In this document: positions 1 to 10,948 of the stretch, piece after piece | Position numbering within the stretch: the first letter of the stretch is position 1 | How the letters are laid out: every line of letters starts with the position of its first letter | Assembly: GCA_051251855.1 (NCBI GenBank) | Contig: JBPOGI010000002.1 | Coordinates: forward strand, 416,001-480,000 | Origin: Roseibacillus sp. | Lineage (GTDB): Bacteria; Verrucomicrobiota; Verrucomicrobiia; Verrucomicrobiales; Akkermansiaceae | Direction of reading: 5' to 3' | DNA length: 64,000 bases | Position numbers and translations under genes: made by a program | Notes under the pieces: generated by a model | Seen by the model: only the letters and a program-made list of their open reading frames with translations | Database searches by the model: none | Told to the model about the DNA's origin: nothing

Positions 1-1774
1 TAAGTTCGAATACGACTTCGGCTTCGAATCAGCGGCAGCTTGTCCTAGTGTTTCAGTGGTTGATCTCAATGGAGATGGTTGGGATGATTTTTATTTGATG
101 GCTCGGTGGGGGCGCAATCAGCTCTTTATCAATCAGCAAGATGGCACCTTTAAGGAAAGCGCCGCTGAATTCGGACTCGATATTCTCAATCACTGCACGG
201 GAGCAGCCTTTGTTGACTTTGATAATGACGGGGACAAGGACCTCATCCTCAGCCGGAGCTACGCGCGCAGCCAAATCCTTGAAAATGTAGGAAATAGGTT
301 TCACGATGTCAGTCGTTCCTGCGGGGTCGAACTTCCTGCGATGGCGACCTCGGTTTCTGTCGCCGACTATAATAGGGATGGTCTGCTTGATGTCTTCTTC
401 ACTACCTACGGGAGCGACCGGCTCCTTCGTGAGTTTCTTCCCATGTCGCAGCAGGAGGAGCTAGCGGCGATATCATCTCAGGGGAAGCATCATCCGGTCT
501 TGAATGCCTTGGGGGCTCCCAATGTCCTATTGGTCAATCGTGGGGGAGGGAAGTTCAAGGTGGCACCCGAGTCACCTCAATTGGCAGGATGGAAGACAAG
601 CCTTTGCAGTGTGTGGGCGGACTATGATCAGGACGGAGATGCGGACCTCTATGTCAGTAACGACTTCGGTCCAGATGCTCTGATGAGGAACGACTACCCG
701 AACGGGTTCAAAGATGTGACTCTCGAGGAGGGGCACGAGTCCATGGCTGGATTTGGGATGGGAGTTTCTTGGGGAGACTACGACTTGGATGGGGCACAGG
801 ATCTCTACATCTCTAACATGTATAGCAAGGCTGGTCTCCGCATTGGGAAGCAGATTGAAGGGATAGACCCGCGATTCGAGAAGTTTAACAACGGCAACCG
901 TCTCTACCGTCGAAAGGAGAATCACTTTGAGCTCACTTCAGGCTTAAAGCCACCTGAGCATCTTGTGGCGAAAGTCGGTTGGTCTTGGGGAGGGCAATTT
1001 GCGGATTTTAACAATGATGGCTTTTTGGATATTTATGTGCCGTCCGGCTACTTCACCGCGCCCGATGCGGTGGCGGGCGGCGATGATTTGTGAAGTGTCT
1101 ATTGGCGCGGTGCAGTTTGCACCGACCCCGGTTTGGAGAAAGGATTTCGCAACAACAAAGGATGGAAGGACGTCGACTTTGATAGCTTCGTGGTTCAGAA
1201 GCAGGACGCTGATGGCAAATGGTTTGCGCAATCCTTTAGTGGTCATGAAACCAATAAGCTCTTCATGAATCAAGGAGGGGAATCTTTCTTCGATATGTCA
1301 GCTTTAGCCGGTTTGGATAGTGATGCCGATGGGAGATCTTTCGTCCTTTTGGACTACGACCGGGATGGTTGGCAGGATTTGATTCTAGTGAATTCGAACT
1401 CTCCTCAATTGGAAATTTTCCACAATGAAATGGGCCGAAGGTCATTCGGAGGGCGGAGTATCGTGTTTCATCTGATTGGAGGGAATGAAAGTTCGGAGGC
1501 GAGCGAAGAGTGGTCGAATCGAGATGCCCTGGGTGCTGTTGTGACCGTCAAAGTAGCTGGGAAAACAATCATGCGGGAGTTGCGTTGCGGAGAAGGACTC
1601 GGTGCGCAAAATTCTGGAATGTTACTGGTCGGTATCGGCGAGAACGAGATGATTGAATCTGGTGAGGTGAGATGGCCCTCGGGTAAACGTCAGACGCTCG
1701 ATGCTCTCGAAGCAGGAATGTTGGTCACGATAAAAGAAAGAGGCGGAATTGCCGTAAGGACCTATAACCGTTGA
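1..1774 (+). CDS. FG-GAP/VCBS-repeat + ASPIC/UnbV (CRTAC1-like) protein, 5'-partial, with in-frame TGA at 1091-1093 (putative selenocysteine)
   Basis: The frame is open from position 2 (KFEYDFGFESAAACPSVSVVDLNGDGWDD). It has repeated DxDxDGxxD motifs. ORFs 56..1093 and 1133..1774 are in the same frame, joined by TGA-SVYWRGAVCTDPG, and a hairpin follows the TGA. The C-terminus has an ASPIC/UnbV-like segment (NRDALGAVVTV...GEVRWPSG). Confidence 0.85.
1108..1124 (+). promoter_or_regulatory. Putative bacterial SECIS hairpin 1
   Basis: CGGTGCA-GTT-TGCACCG is a perfect 7-bp stem. Its loop starts with G after a 21-nt spacer from the in-frame TGA. Confidence 0.75.
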
Positions 1775-2013
1775 GGTTTAAAGGCCGCTTTTACAGAATG
1801 ATTAATGATTCTTAATCGCTTGCTTCCCGTCATAAGTATCCAAATTTCAATGGGCTGCATCTTTCTTTGCAGAAACCACCATGAACTTTGTCAAAACGGG
1901 TCAAATACTCCGCTTTTACGAGAAAATCGTTGTGCTCTGCTATCTGATTTCTATTATCGCGAAGCTGATTTTGTGGTGTTTGCTTAAACGCCCAATGGCA
2001 ACACCTAGAACTC

Positions 2014-2859
2014 ATGAAAAATAAAACAATACTCGCCTTATTAGCGGTTTCAGCAATTGGCGCGCAAGCAGCGGCGATTCATACTGGGCTTCTGAACTAT
2101 TGGACCTTAGATGGTAATGGAGAAGATTCAGCCAGCGACTTCACAGAAGGAACTAGCACCGTCGAAGATGATATGACAGCGGGTGGCGCTGTTGGAACAA
2201 CGACTATTCTTTCTACTGGAGGCTTGTTTGGGGGCGCCGTTGATTTTGAGGTGGGTTCTGGCGTTGATGGTCATCTCGCTGCGACAGCAAGCGCTGATAC
2301 TCAGTTCGCAGGAGAAAGTATTACTGTCTCTCTTTGGGCTCAGTTCGAAGACAATAGCACTGGCGACTGGCAGTCCCTGCTGGTGAACGGAGAAGGCAAC
2401 AACTACCGCATCTCGACTAACCGCAATAATCCTGGTCGCAACCAAGCAAGCGCAGCCTTCGGAACGGGTGACCTTAACTCAGGGGTGGATATCCGTGCTG
2501 CTGGACCCGTTTCTGGTTTTCACCACATCGTGGTCACTGCAGTCAATGGAGCTCCTGTAAACATCTACGTTAATGGTGTTCTCGAAGGCACTTCCGGCGG
2601 GAATTCTGCAATTACTAATGATGACCCAGGGGTACCCGACGAACTCTGGATTGGAAACAATGTCGATGATCCAGATCGTCAGTGGGACGGATTGATTGAT
2701 GATGTCGCCCAGTGGGATCGTGCTTTGACTGCTGCTGAAGTTACTGAAATCTATGACGCAGGAGTTCTCGGCATCAGTTTGGGTGCCATTCCTGAGCCGA
2801 CTTCAGGACTTCTTCTTGGTCTCGGTGGTTTGACTGTGCTTCTTCGCCGTCGCCGATAA
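2014..2859 (+). CDS. PEP-CTERM protein with LamG/concanavalin-like domain
   Basis: N-terminal signal peptide. LamG motifs FHHIVVT...IYVNG and WDGLIDDVAQWDRALT. C-terminal IPEPTS-hydrophobic-RRRR sorting signal. Confidence 0.92.
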   Translation: MKNKTILALLAVSAIGAQAAAIHTGLLNYWTLDGNGEDSASDFTEGTSTVEDDMTAGGAVGTTTILSTGGLFGGAVDFEVGSGVDGHLAATASADTQFAGESITVSLWAQFEDNSTGDWQSLLVNGEGNNYRISTNRNNPGRNQASAAFGTGDLNSGVDIRAAGPVSGFHHIVVTAVNGAPVNIYVNGVLEGTSGGNSAITNDDPGVPDELWIGNNVDDPDRQWDGLIDDVAQWDRALTAAEVTEIYDAGVLGISLGAIPEPTSGLLLGLGGLTVLLRRRR

Positions 2860-2899
2860 ATTCTCATACCCTTCAAGGGTCGTACGTAATTTTTCTAGG

Positions 2900-2930
2900 A
2901 ACGACCGGTCGCAAGATCGGTCGTTTTTTT
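2900..2930 (+). terminator. Rho-independent terminator-like hairpin
   Basis: AACGACCGGTC-GCAA-GATCGGTCGTT followed by a T run, 40 nt after the PEP-CTERM stop. Confidence 0.8.
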
Positions 2931-3013
2931 ATTCCCCTTGAGAGTCCAAATTGGGCACAGTATTGCCAGTTCTTTCGATGAAGCCGAGAGAGATTTCGCT
3001 CACCTATTCTTCG

Positions 3014-6000
3014 ATGCAATCATACACGTTATTTCAAAGCCTTGTTTTCGCTTCGGCTTCGTTTTTCTGGGTAGCTCCTCTTCAGGCTATTCCCAAAGTT
3101 TTGGAAGACGAACCCGAGATCATTGCTGCTCCAGGTTTAGAAAATAGGGAACTCGTCGGACCGCTGTCAGAGGTCATTGATCGCTTGTCTCCCAAAGATG
3201 ATGGCTGGGATACCGAGGCCTTTAGTGAGGCCGCTTCCGCTCAGTTGTATCGCTTGGGCGCTCTCTTGAAGTCTCCCGAGAGAGAGGACTCTGCTTACGC
3301 ATCCCTTGCCGATGAGGAATTCACTTCCGCTGTTCTTCGCCCTGATGAGAAGAATCTGGACCTTCTGGAAGGCGACGAATTTCAGGTTCGAAAATGGAAT
3401 GGCGTCATCGATTCCTCAAAGACCCTTTCTCTTTCGGAGGCTTGCAACCAGTTCCGCTCCGCCTTTGCAGCAGACGAAAAGTTGCAACTGGCAAGCAAGC
3501 TCTACAAGGTGATGCCGCAGGGCGAAGGAGTGACCCAGACTGATGTCCTGGTGGAGGCTGCGGGCAAAGCGCCTGCTGCCGGACGCCGCCAGATCAATGC
3601 CGAATGGAGATGTCATTGGAAGGATGAGGAAGGCCAGCCTCAGCTCACGAAAATCGAGCTTCTGAGTTATCAAGAAGTGACTCGTCCCTTGGGGGAAGGA
3701 AAGCCCCTCTTCTCCGATCGAACGAAGGAGGCTTTGGGCCGCAATGCGAGCTTGCAGGAGCAACTCCTTCATTCCTCGGATCATTGGCGGGCCCGATTTC
3801 CGCGGGACCTCGGGCTGGACGTGGTCGCGAACGTGGGCTTCGTGCTGGCAGACCTCAATGGTGATGATTTAGAGGATCTCTATTTTTGCCAGCAAGGCGG
3901 CCTTCCCAACCTGCTCTTTCTTCGGCAACCGAATGGCACCTTCCGAGATGCTTCCGAAGGGAGTGGGGTTGATTGGCTTGATTTTTCTCCCAGTGCGTTG
4001 GCCATTGATCTCGATAAAGATGGCGACCGCGATTTGGTGGTGGCCTTGCAGTTCGAGTTGCTCTTGATGCGCAACGATGGTCAGGCCAAGTTCGAGATCG
4101 TGACCCGCGTTCCGGTTCTGGCGCAGACTTTCTCAATCAGTGCCGCGGACTACGATCTCGATGGCGACCTGGATCTTTTCTCGTGTGGCTATAATCCAAC
4201 GATGGAAGACTTGGAAGAGAGCGGTGCCTTAGGTTCTCCTACCCCGTTCCATGATGCAAACAATGGGGGACCCAATACCCTGCTGAAAAATGTCGGGCCC
4301 TTTGAGTTTCGAGATGCGACTGTGGAGAGTGGCTTGAGCGAACAGAGCAACACTCGCTTTAGCTTTGCTTCTGGTTGGGAAGACTATGACCGGGATGGTG
4401 ACCCTGACCTCTATGTTGCCAACGACTACGGTCGCAATAATCTTTATCGCAATGATGAAGGGAAGTTTGTGGACGCTGCTGGTGAACTGGATGTGGAAGA
4501 TATGTCCTCGGGAATGTCGGTGAGCTGGGGTGATGTCAATCGGGATGGAAAGAGTGATCTTTATGTGAGCAACATGTTTTCTTCGGCGGGCAATCGGATC
4601 ACCTTTCAAAAGCAATTTCAAAATGGAGGGGCGGGGGAAGCTTTGGATACTTTCAAACGTTTCGCACGAGGTAACGCCCTCTTTCTAGGAACTCCAGAGG
4701 GAGATTTTGATGATGTGAGCGAGGAAGCCGGAGCGACGATGGCACGTTGGTCTTGGGGGTCTCGTCTCGCGGATTTGAACAATGATGGGTGGGAGGATAT
4801 TCTCGCGGCCAACGGTTTCATTAGCACGCCCGATACGGGAGACCTCTGAAGTGTCTATTGGCGACAGGTCGTGTCGCTCTCTCCGATTGATGACTTTAAT
4901 GAGCAAGCGTTGCAAAAGTATAAGCACCGCTGGAGTGCCTTGTCTCGCTTGCTTCATGAAGACCGTTCCTTCAGCGGGGGGGAGCGGCATAACGCATTTC
5001 TCAATTTGGGGGAGGGCCGTTTTGCCGATATCTCGGCGGTGACCGGTTTTAACTTTGCGGAAGATGGCCGGGCTTTGGTGACTCAAGATTGGGATTTTGA
5101 TGGCGACCTTGATGTCTGGGTCACGGCACGGACAGCGCCCCGAGTGCGTCTTCTCGAAAACCAATCGCAGAACAGTGGAGAGTCCGTCTTCATTCGTTTG
5201 CAGGGGAATGGAACGACTTCGAACTCAGATGCGGTCGGGGCTCGTTGCGAAGTTTGGTTGGTGGATGATGAGCGGCCTCTGACTCGTTCTCGGACCGCAG
5301 GAGATTCCTTTCTCTCGCAAGGAAGCTCTTGGCTTCACTTTGGACTGGGTGCCGAGCCTCAGATTGCGCGGGTCATTGTTCATTGGCCCGCTGGTCAGAG
5401 TGAAGAGTTCACCGGGATCGAGAGTGGGGGGCGGTACTTGCTCCATCAAGGACAGCCCCAAGCGAAACAGTGGAGTCCTCCTGCCCAAGTGAAGCTCGCC
5501 GAGGCCAGTCCGCTTGAATTGCCTCATGAGACCGAACAAGCCCGGATTGTGCTCCCCAACTCTTTGTTGTTGCCCCTCCTGGAAACAAACGAAGGCGAGG
5601 CGATTTCTGACCCGAGCAAAAAGGGTCCAATAGTGATTAATTTATGGTCTCAGACTTGTTCTTCTTGTCTCGAGGAACTGAAGGAGTGGACCGAGTTCGC
5701 TCCTCAATTGAAAGCGGCCGGCCTTCGGGTCTTGGCCCTCAATACTGATGCCATTGCTCAGACTGGCGATCTTCCAGAGGGACAAGAATTTTTGCGCGAG
5801 ATCGAGTTTCCCTATTCTTCCAACTCCACCAACGAGGACACTCTTCAGCGATTAGACATTTTTCAGCAGAGCTTACTGGACCGATGGCTTCCACTCCCTA
5901 TTCCTTGTAGCTTTCTTGTGAATGCTTCTGGCAAGGTGGCGGTGGTTTACAAGGGTCCCGTTGCTGCAGAGACCTTGCTCGCGGATTTAGCTCTGCTCGA

Positions 6001-6811
6001 AGCTGATTCTGTCACCTTAAGGAACAAGGCCACTCCCTTCTCCGGTAGGTGGGCTGCTGGCCCTCCTCTGATTGGTCCGAAAAGATACGTCGCACGACTT
6101 CTTGATTTCAAAAAAGTTGTCGATGCTGAGCGCTACTATCGGCGCTATCTCGAGTTGGAACGTAAGTTTCCTGACTCGCCGTCGGGTCCGAGGGCCTCTG
6201 CTTTGAAGTTTCTCGCCTTTGTGGCCTCGGGGCGAGAGGACTATGCCTCAGCAATTAGCTACCTCGAGGAGGCTGTTTCTCTCTTTCCTCAGGAACCGGA
6301 ATTTCAGCAACTCCTGAAAACGGCTCAAGACAAGAGGCGACTCTCGTCTCCTAAAGAGACTTTAAAGCCCCTGTTGGCCCAAGTGGAAGCAGAGCCCAAG
6401 AACGGTCAGGCTCATTTGGCTCTTGCTGATGGCTATCGCGACATGGGAGAACCCGCCAAAGCAATCGAAAGTTACAAGAATGCATTGAGACGCGAACCAG
6501 GATTGTTCGTGGCGGCAGGAAAGCTCGCTTGGATTCTAGCAACTCATCCGAGTCCTGAGATTCGGGAGCCAAAAGCAGCCTTGGAGCTGGCCAATCGGCT
6601 CATGTCCCTGAACGCAGCGCCGAATCCCAACTTCTTGGACCTTCAGGGAATCGCGCTCGCTGCTAATGGAGACTTCGCTGCGGCCGTTAAAAAGGCTCAA
6701 GCGGCCTTGGTGCTTTTGCCGGAAGGCTCTCCTTATCAGAAGGAAGTGAGTTCCCGCCTTGGTCTCTATAAAGAAGGAAAAGCCTATTATGAGGGTAAGG
6801 CTTCCAAGTAA
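3014..6811 (+). CDS. 1265-aa FG-GAP + ASPIC/UnbV + thioredoxin-like (CxxC) + TPR protein with in-frame TGA at 4847-4849 (putative Sec612), paralogue A
   Basis: ORFs 2951..4849 and 4871..6811 are in frame, linked by TGA-SVYWRQV. ATG 3014 was chosen by homology to ATG 7063. Features: hydrophobic N-terminus, DxDxDGDxD repeats, UnbV motif WLHFGLG...VHWP, redoxin motif NLWSQTCSSCLEEL, C-terminal TPRs. Confidence 0.85.
4861..4877 (+). promoter_or_regulatory. Putative bacterial SECIS hairpin 2
   Basis: GCGACA-GGTCG-TGTCGC. The loop begins after a 17-nt spacer from the TGA, and the CAGGTC apex resembles the E. coli fdhF SECIS apex. Confidence 0.75.
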
Positions 6812-6945
6812 TTGCGAGTTGATTCGAGTTCCCGCTAGTCGCTGAAATCGCGCTCTGCTTTGCGGGCGTCGAGGTCAGTGAATTCTTTTTAGGTGGCTTC
6901 AATTTCAGCTTCTTCAGAAGGGAGGTAATCAACAATTTTCTATAG

Positions 6946-6975
6946 AACGATTGGTTGAAAGATCGGTCGTTTTTT
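6946..6975 (+). terminator. Terminator-like hairpin, duplicated copy of 2900-2930
   Basis: AACGATTGGTT-GAAA-GATCGGTCGTT plus a T run. Stem substitutions relative to the first copy retain G-U pairing. Confidence 0.7.
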
Positions 6976-7062
6976 ATTTCCTTTTAGAGTCCTCACTGGA
7001 CACATTGATGACAACCCTCTTGATGAGGTCGTTCGTAGATTTCGAGTCTCACTTATTGTTCG

Positions 7063-10000
7063 ATGCAGTCATATAATTCATTTTCAAGCCTTGTTCTGGT
7101 TTCGACTTTTTTTCTCTGGGCGGCTCTTGTTCAAAGTGCTCCCCAAGCTTCGCAAGACGAACCTGAAATCATTGCTGCTCCTGGGTTGGATGAGAGAGAG
7201 TTGGTGGGGCCGTTGTCCGAGGTGCTCGATCATATGTCTCCCAAGGATGATGGCTGGGATACCGAAGCCTTCAGTGAGGCCGCATCTGCACAATTGTATC
7301 GCCTAGGCAACCTCTTGAAGTCTCCCGATATGGATGCCGCGACTCTCGCGGACCTCACGGATGGTAGTTTTGTGTCCGCAACTCTCCGACCCAAGGAAGC
7401 CTCTCTCGATCTCTCGGAAGAAAGCGAGTTTGAGGTTCGCAAATGGAATGGCGAACTCGATTCAACAAAGGCTCTTACTCTTTCTGATGCCTCTCTTAAA
7501 TTCCGCGCTGCCTTTGCTCCCGAAGAGGTTTTGCAAATCAAAACCAAGCTTTACAAGGTGATGCCGCAGGATGGGGGAGTCACGCTCACCGATGTCTTGG
7601 TGGAGGCCTCTGCCAAAGCTAGCACCTCTGGACGCCGCCAGATCAATGCCGAATGGAGGTGCCATTGGAAGAGCGAGGACGACCAGCCGTTGCTCACTCG
7701 AATCGAGCTTTTGAAGTATGAGGAGGTGACCCGTCCCCAAGGGAAAGGCCAGCCTCTCTTTGTTGACCGGACCAGAACCGCGCTCGGCAATAACGCGAGC
7801 TTGGATAAGCAACTCCTGCATTCCACGGACCATTGGCGGGCACGGATTCCGCAAAGTCTGGGTTTGGATGTGGTGGCGAACGTGGGTCTATTGCTCGCGG
7901 ACCTGAACGGTGATGATTTGGAAGACCTTTACGTTTGCCAACAAGGAGGCTTGCCCAACCTGCTCTTCCTGCGTCAACCGGATGGCACCTTTGTCGATGC
8001 TTCCAAAGAGAGTGGGGTTGATGTCCTTGATTTTACAGCGAGCTCCTTGGCCATCGATCTCGATAAGGATGGCGACCGCGATTTGGTGGTGGCTTTGCAG
8101 TTCGAACTCATGTTGATGCGGAATAATGGCCAAGCGAAGTTCGAGCTGATGGCTCGGGTTCCATTAGCCGCTCAGACTTTTTCGATCAGTGCCTCTGACT
8201 ACGACCTGGACGGCGATCTCGACATTTTCACCTGCGGTTATAATCCGTCATTGCAAGAGGCTGAAGAAAATGGAGCGTTAGGTTCTCCTTCTCCCTTTCA
8301 TGATGCCAACAATGGCGGACGCAATACTTTCTTGAAGAATGTGGGAGCCTTTGAGTTCCAGGACGTGACTGTGGAAAGCGGCATCAGTGAGCAGAACAAC
8401 ACTCGCTTCAGTTTTGCTTCTGCTTGGGAAGACTATGATCGTGACGGCGATCCCGACCTTTATGTCGCCAACGATTACGGGCGTAATAACCTTTACCGTA
8501 ACGATGGCGGAAAGCTGGTAGATGTCGCCGCTGAATTGAAGGTAGAGGATATGTCTTCGGGGATGTCGGTGAGTTGGGGCGACCTGAATCGTGATGGTCG
8601 AAGCGATCTCTATGTGAGCAATATGTTTTCTTCGGCAGGGAATCGCATCACCTTTCAAAAGCAGTTTCAAAATGGAGGGGCAGGGGAGGCCTTGGATACT
8701 TTTCAACGATTCGCGCGAGGCAATGCTCTCTTCCTTGCCACTCCCGATGGAGGCTTCGATGATGCCAGTGAGGATGCGGGAGCGACCATGGCTCGATGGG
8801 CTTGGGGCTCTCGTCTGGCGGATTTGAATAACGATGGTTGGGAGGATGTCCTGGCTGCCAACGGCTTCATTAGCACCCCCGATACGGGAGACCTCTGAAG
8901 TGTCTATTGGCGACAGGTCGTGTCGCACTCTCCCATTGATGACTTTAGTGAGCAGTCGGTGCAGAAGTATAAGAATCGTTGGAGCGCCTTATCGCGTTTG
9001 CTCCGCTCTGATCGCTCCTTCAGTGGCGGAGAGAGGCATTGTGCTTTCCTCAATCTGGGGGGAGAGCGTTTTGCCGACATCTCGGCGGTGACGGGTTTTG
9101 ATTTTGCAGAAGATGGTCGCGCCTTGGTGACCGAGGATTGGGACTTCGATGGCGACCTCGATGTCTGGGTCACCGCACGAACGGCTCCACGAGTGCGCCT
9201 CCTTGAAAATACTTCTCAGAATGCGGGAGAGTCTCTTTTCCTCCGCTTGCATGGGAACGGAACCACAACGAATCCAGACGCGGTGGGGGCTCGCTGCGAA
9301 GTCTGGTTAGAGGGAGATGACAGACCTCTCACCCGTTCTCGCACTGCGGGAGACTCCTTCATTTCTCAAGGGAGTTCTTGGTTGCACTTTGGGCTCGGGG
9401 TGGAGCCGAAGATTGCGCGAGTGATTGTTCATTGGCCTGCTGGTCAGAGTGAAGAGTTCACAGGGATTGAGAGCGGAGGACGCTACCTTCTTCATCAAGG
9501 GCAGCCGCAAGCGAAAGGTTGGAGTCCTCCAGCGCAGGTGAAGTTCGCAGAAGTCAGCCCTCTTGAGTTGCCTCATGAGCCCGAACAAGCCCGTATTGTT
9601 TTACCGAACTCGCTTCTATTGCCTCTCCTGCAGACTCATGAGGGTGCTGCTATTTCTGACTTCAATAAAGAGGGGCCAACGCTCATCAATTTGTGGTCTC
9701 AGACTTGTTCTTCATGTCTTGAGGAGTTGAAGGAGTGGACCGAGTTCAAACCTAAATTCGAGGCTGCGGGTTTGAGGGTGATAGCTCTCAATACCGATGC
9801 TATCGGTCAAACTGACGAGAGCTCTGAGGGGCAGGATTTTCTGAGCGAGATCGAGTTTCCTTATTCAGCTCAGTCCGCCAACGTGGAGACCCTGCAGCGA
9901 TTGGATCTCTTTCAACAAAGCTTTCTCGACCGATGGCTTCCGTTGCCAGTTCCATGCAGTTTCCTGCTGGATCGTTTCGGTAAGGCGGCGGTGATTTATA

Positions 10001-10860
10001 AAGGCCCTGTCGCAGCAGAGACTTTGCTCGCGGATTTGGCCCTGCTTGAAGCCGATTCTGAGACGTTGAGGAGTAACGCCACCCCCTTCGCCGGTATCTG
10101 GGCTGACGGTCCACCTCTAGTGGGACCGAAAAGCTATGTCACCCGGCTTTTGGACTACAAGAAGCTGGCCGATGCCGAGCGTTATTACCGGCGCTACGTG
10201 GAGATGGAGCGCAGCCTTCCGGACACCCCTTCGGGACCCATGATTGAAGCCTTAAAGTTTCTCGCTCTTCTTGCTTCTCGAACAGAGAACTTTGCTCCCG
10301 CAGTAGCGCATCTTGAAGAAGCAATTTCTATCGTTCCAGAGGACCCTGAGCTGCAACAGCTTCTTAAGGAGGCTCAGGAGAAGCTTAAAGGTGCCACTCC
10401 GACGGATCTGTTATCGCCCTTGCTGGCCAAAGTGGAAGCCGAGCCAAAAAATGGGAAAGCTCATCTCGAACTTGCGGATGCTTATCGTAATCTTGGAGAA
10501 GCAGCGAAAGCGGTCGAAAGTTATAAGAACACGCTGAGGAACGATCCGAAATTGTTTGTGGCCGCTGGGAAGCTGGCTTGGATTCTCGCAACTCACCCCA
10601 GCCCAGAGATTCGTGAGCCAGAGGCGGCTTTGCAGTTGGCGAATCGACTCGTGGCGATGAACGGAGCAATGAATCCAAATTTCTTGGACCTTCAGGGAAT
10701 CGCGCTGGCAGCTAATGGTAAATATGAAGCGGCCGCAGAAAAAGCTGAAGCGGCCTTGCCGCTCGTGCCAGAAGGCTCTCCTTACCAGAAGGAAATTCGT
10801 TCCCGCCTGAGTCTCTATCAAGAGGGGAAGGCCTACTTTGAGGGAAAGGATTCTAAGTGA
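7063..10860 (+). CDS. 1265-aa FG-GAP + ASPIC/UnbV + thioredoxin-like (CxxC) + TPR protein with in-frame TGA at 8896-8898 (putative Sec612), paralogue B
   Basis: ORFs 7063..8898 and 8920..10860 are in frame, linked by TGA-SVYWRQV. The gene is collinear with 3014..6811 and has the same length. Confidence 0.87.
8910..8926 (+). promoter_or_regulatory. Putative bacterial SECIS hairpin 3
   Basis: GCGACA-GGTCG-TGTCGC, identical to 4861-4877. Confidence 0.75.
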
Positions 10861-10948
10861 TCCTTGATTGGCCCAAGTGACTTTCCATTGCGGTTTCCAA
10901 ATTCCGATTTGTTGTGTCGCCTTGTTCCTGTGAGAAAATGCGGCGGCT

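Noticed and set aside
1..10860. Six separate genes, or three nonsense pseudogenes
   Set aside because: The same stop sits at the same motif in three diverged paralogues, there are no other lesions, the linkers are conserved and in frame, and the break falls inside the FG-GAP repeat region.
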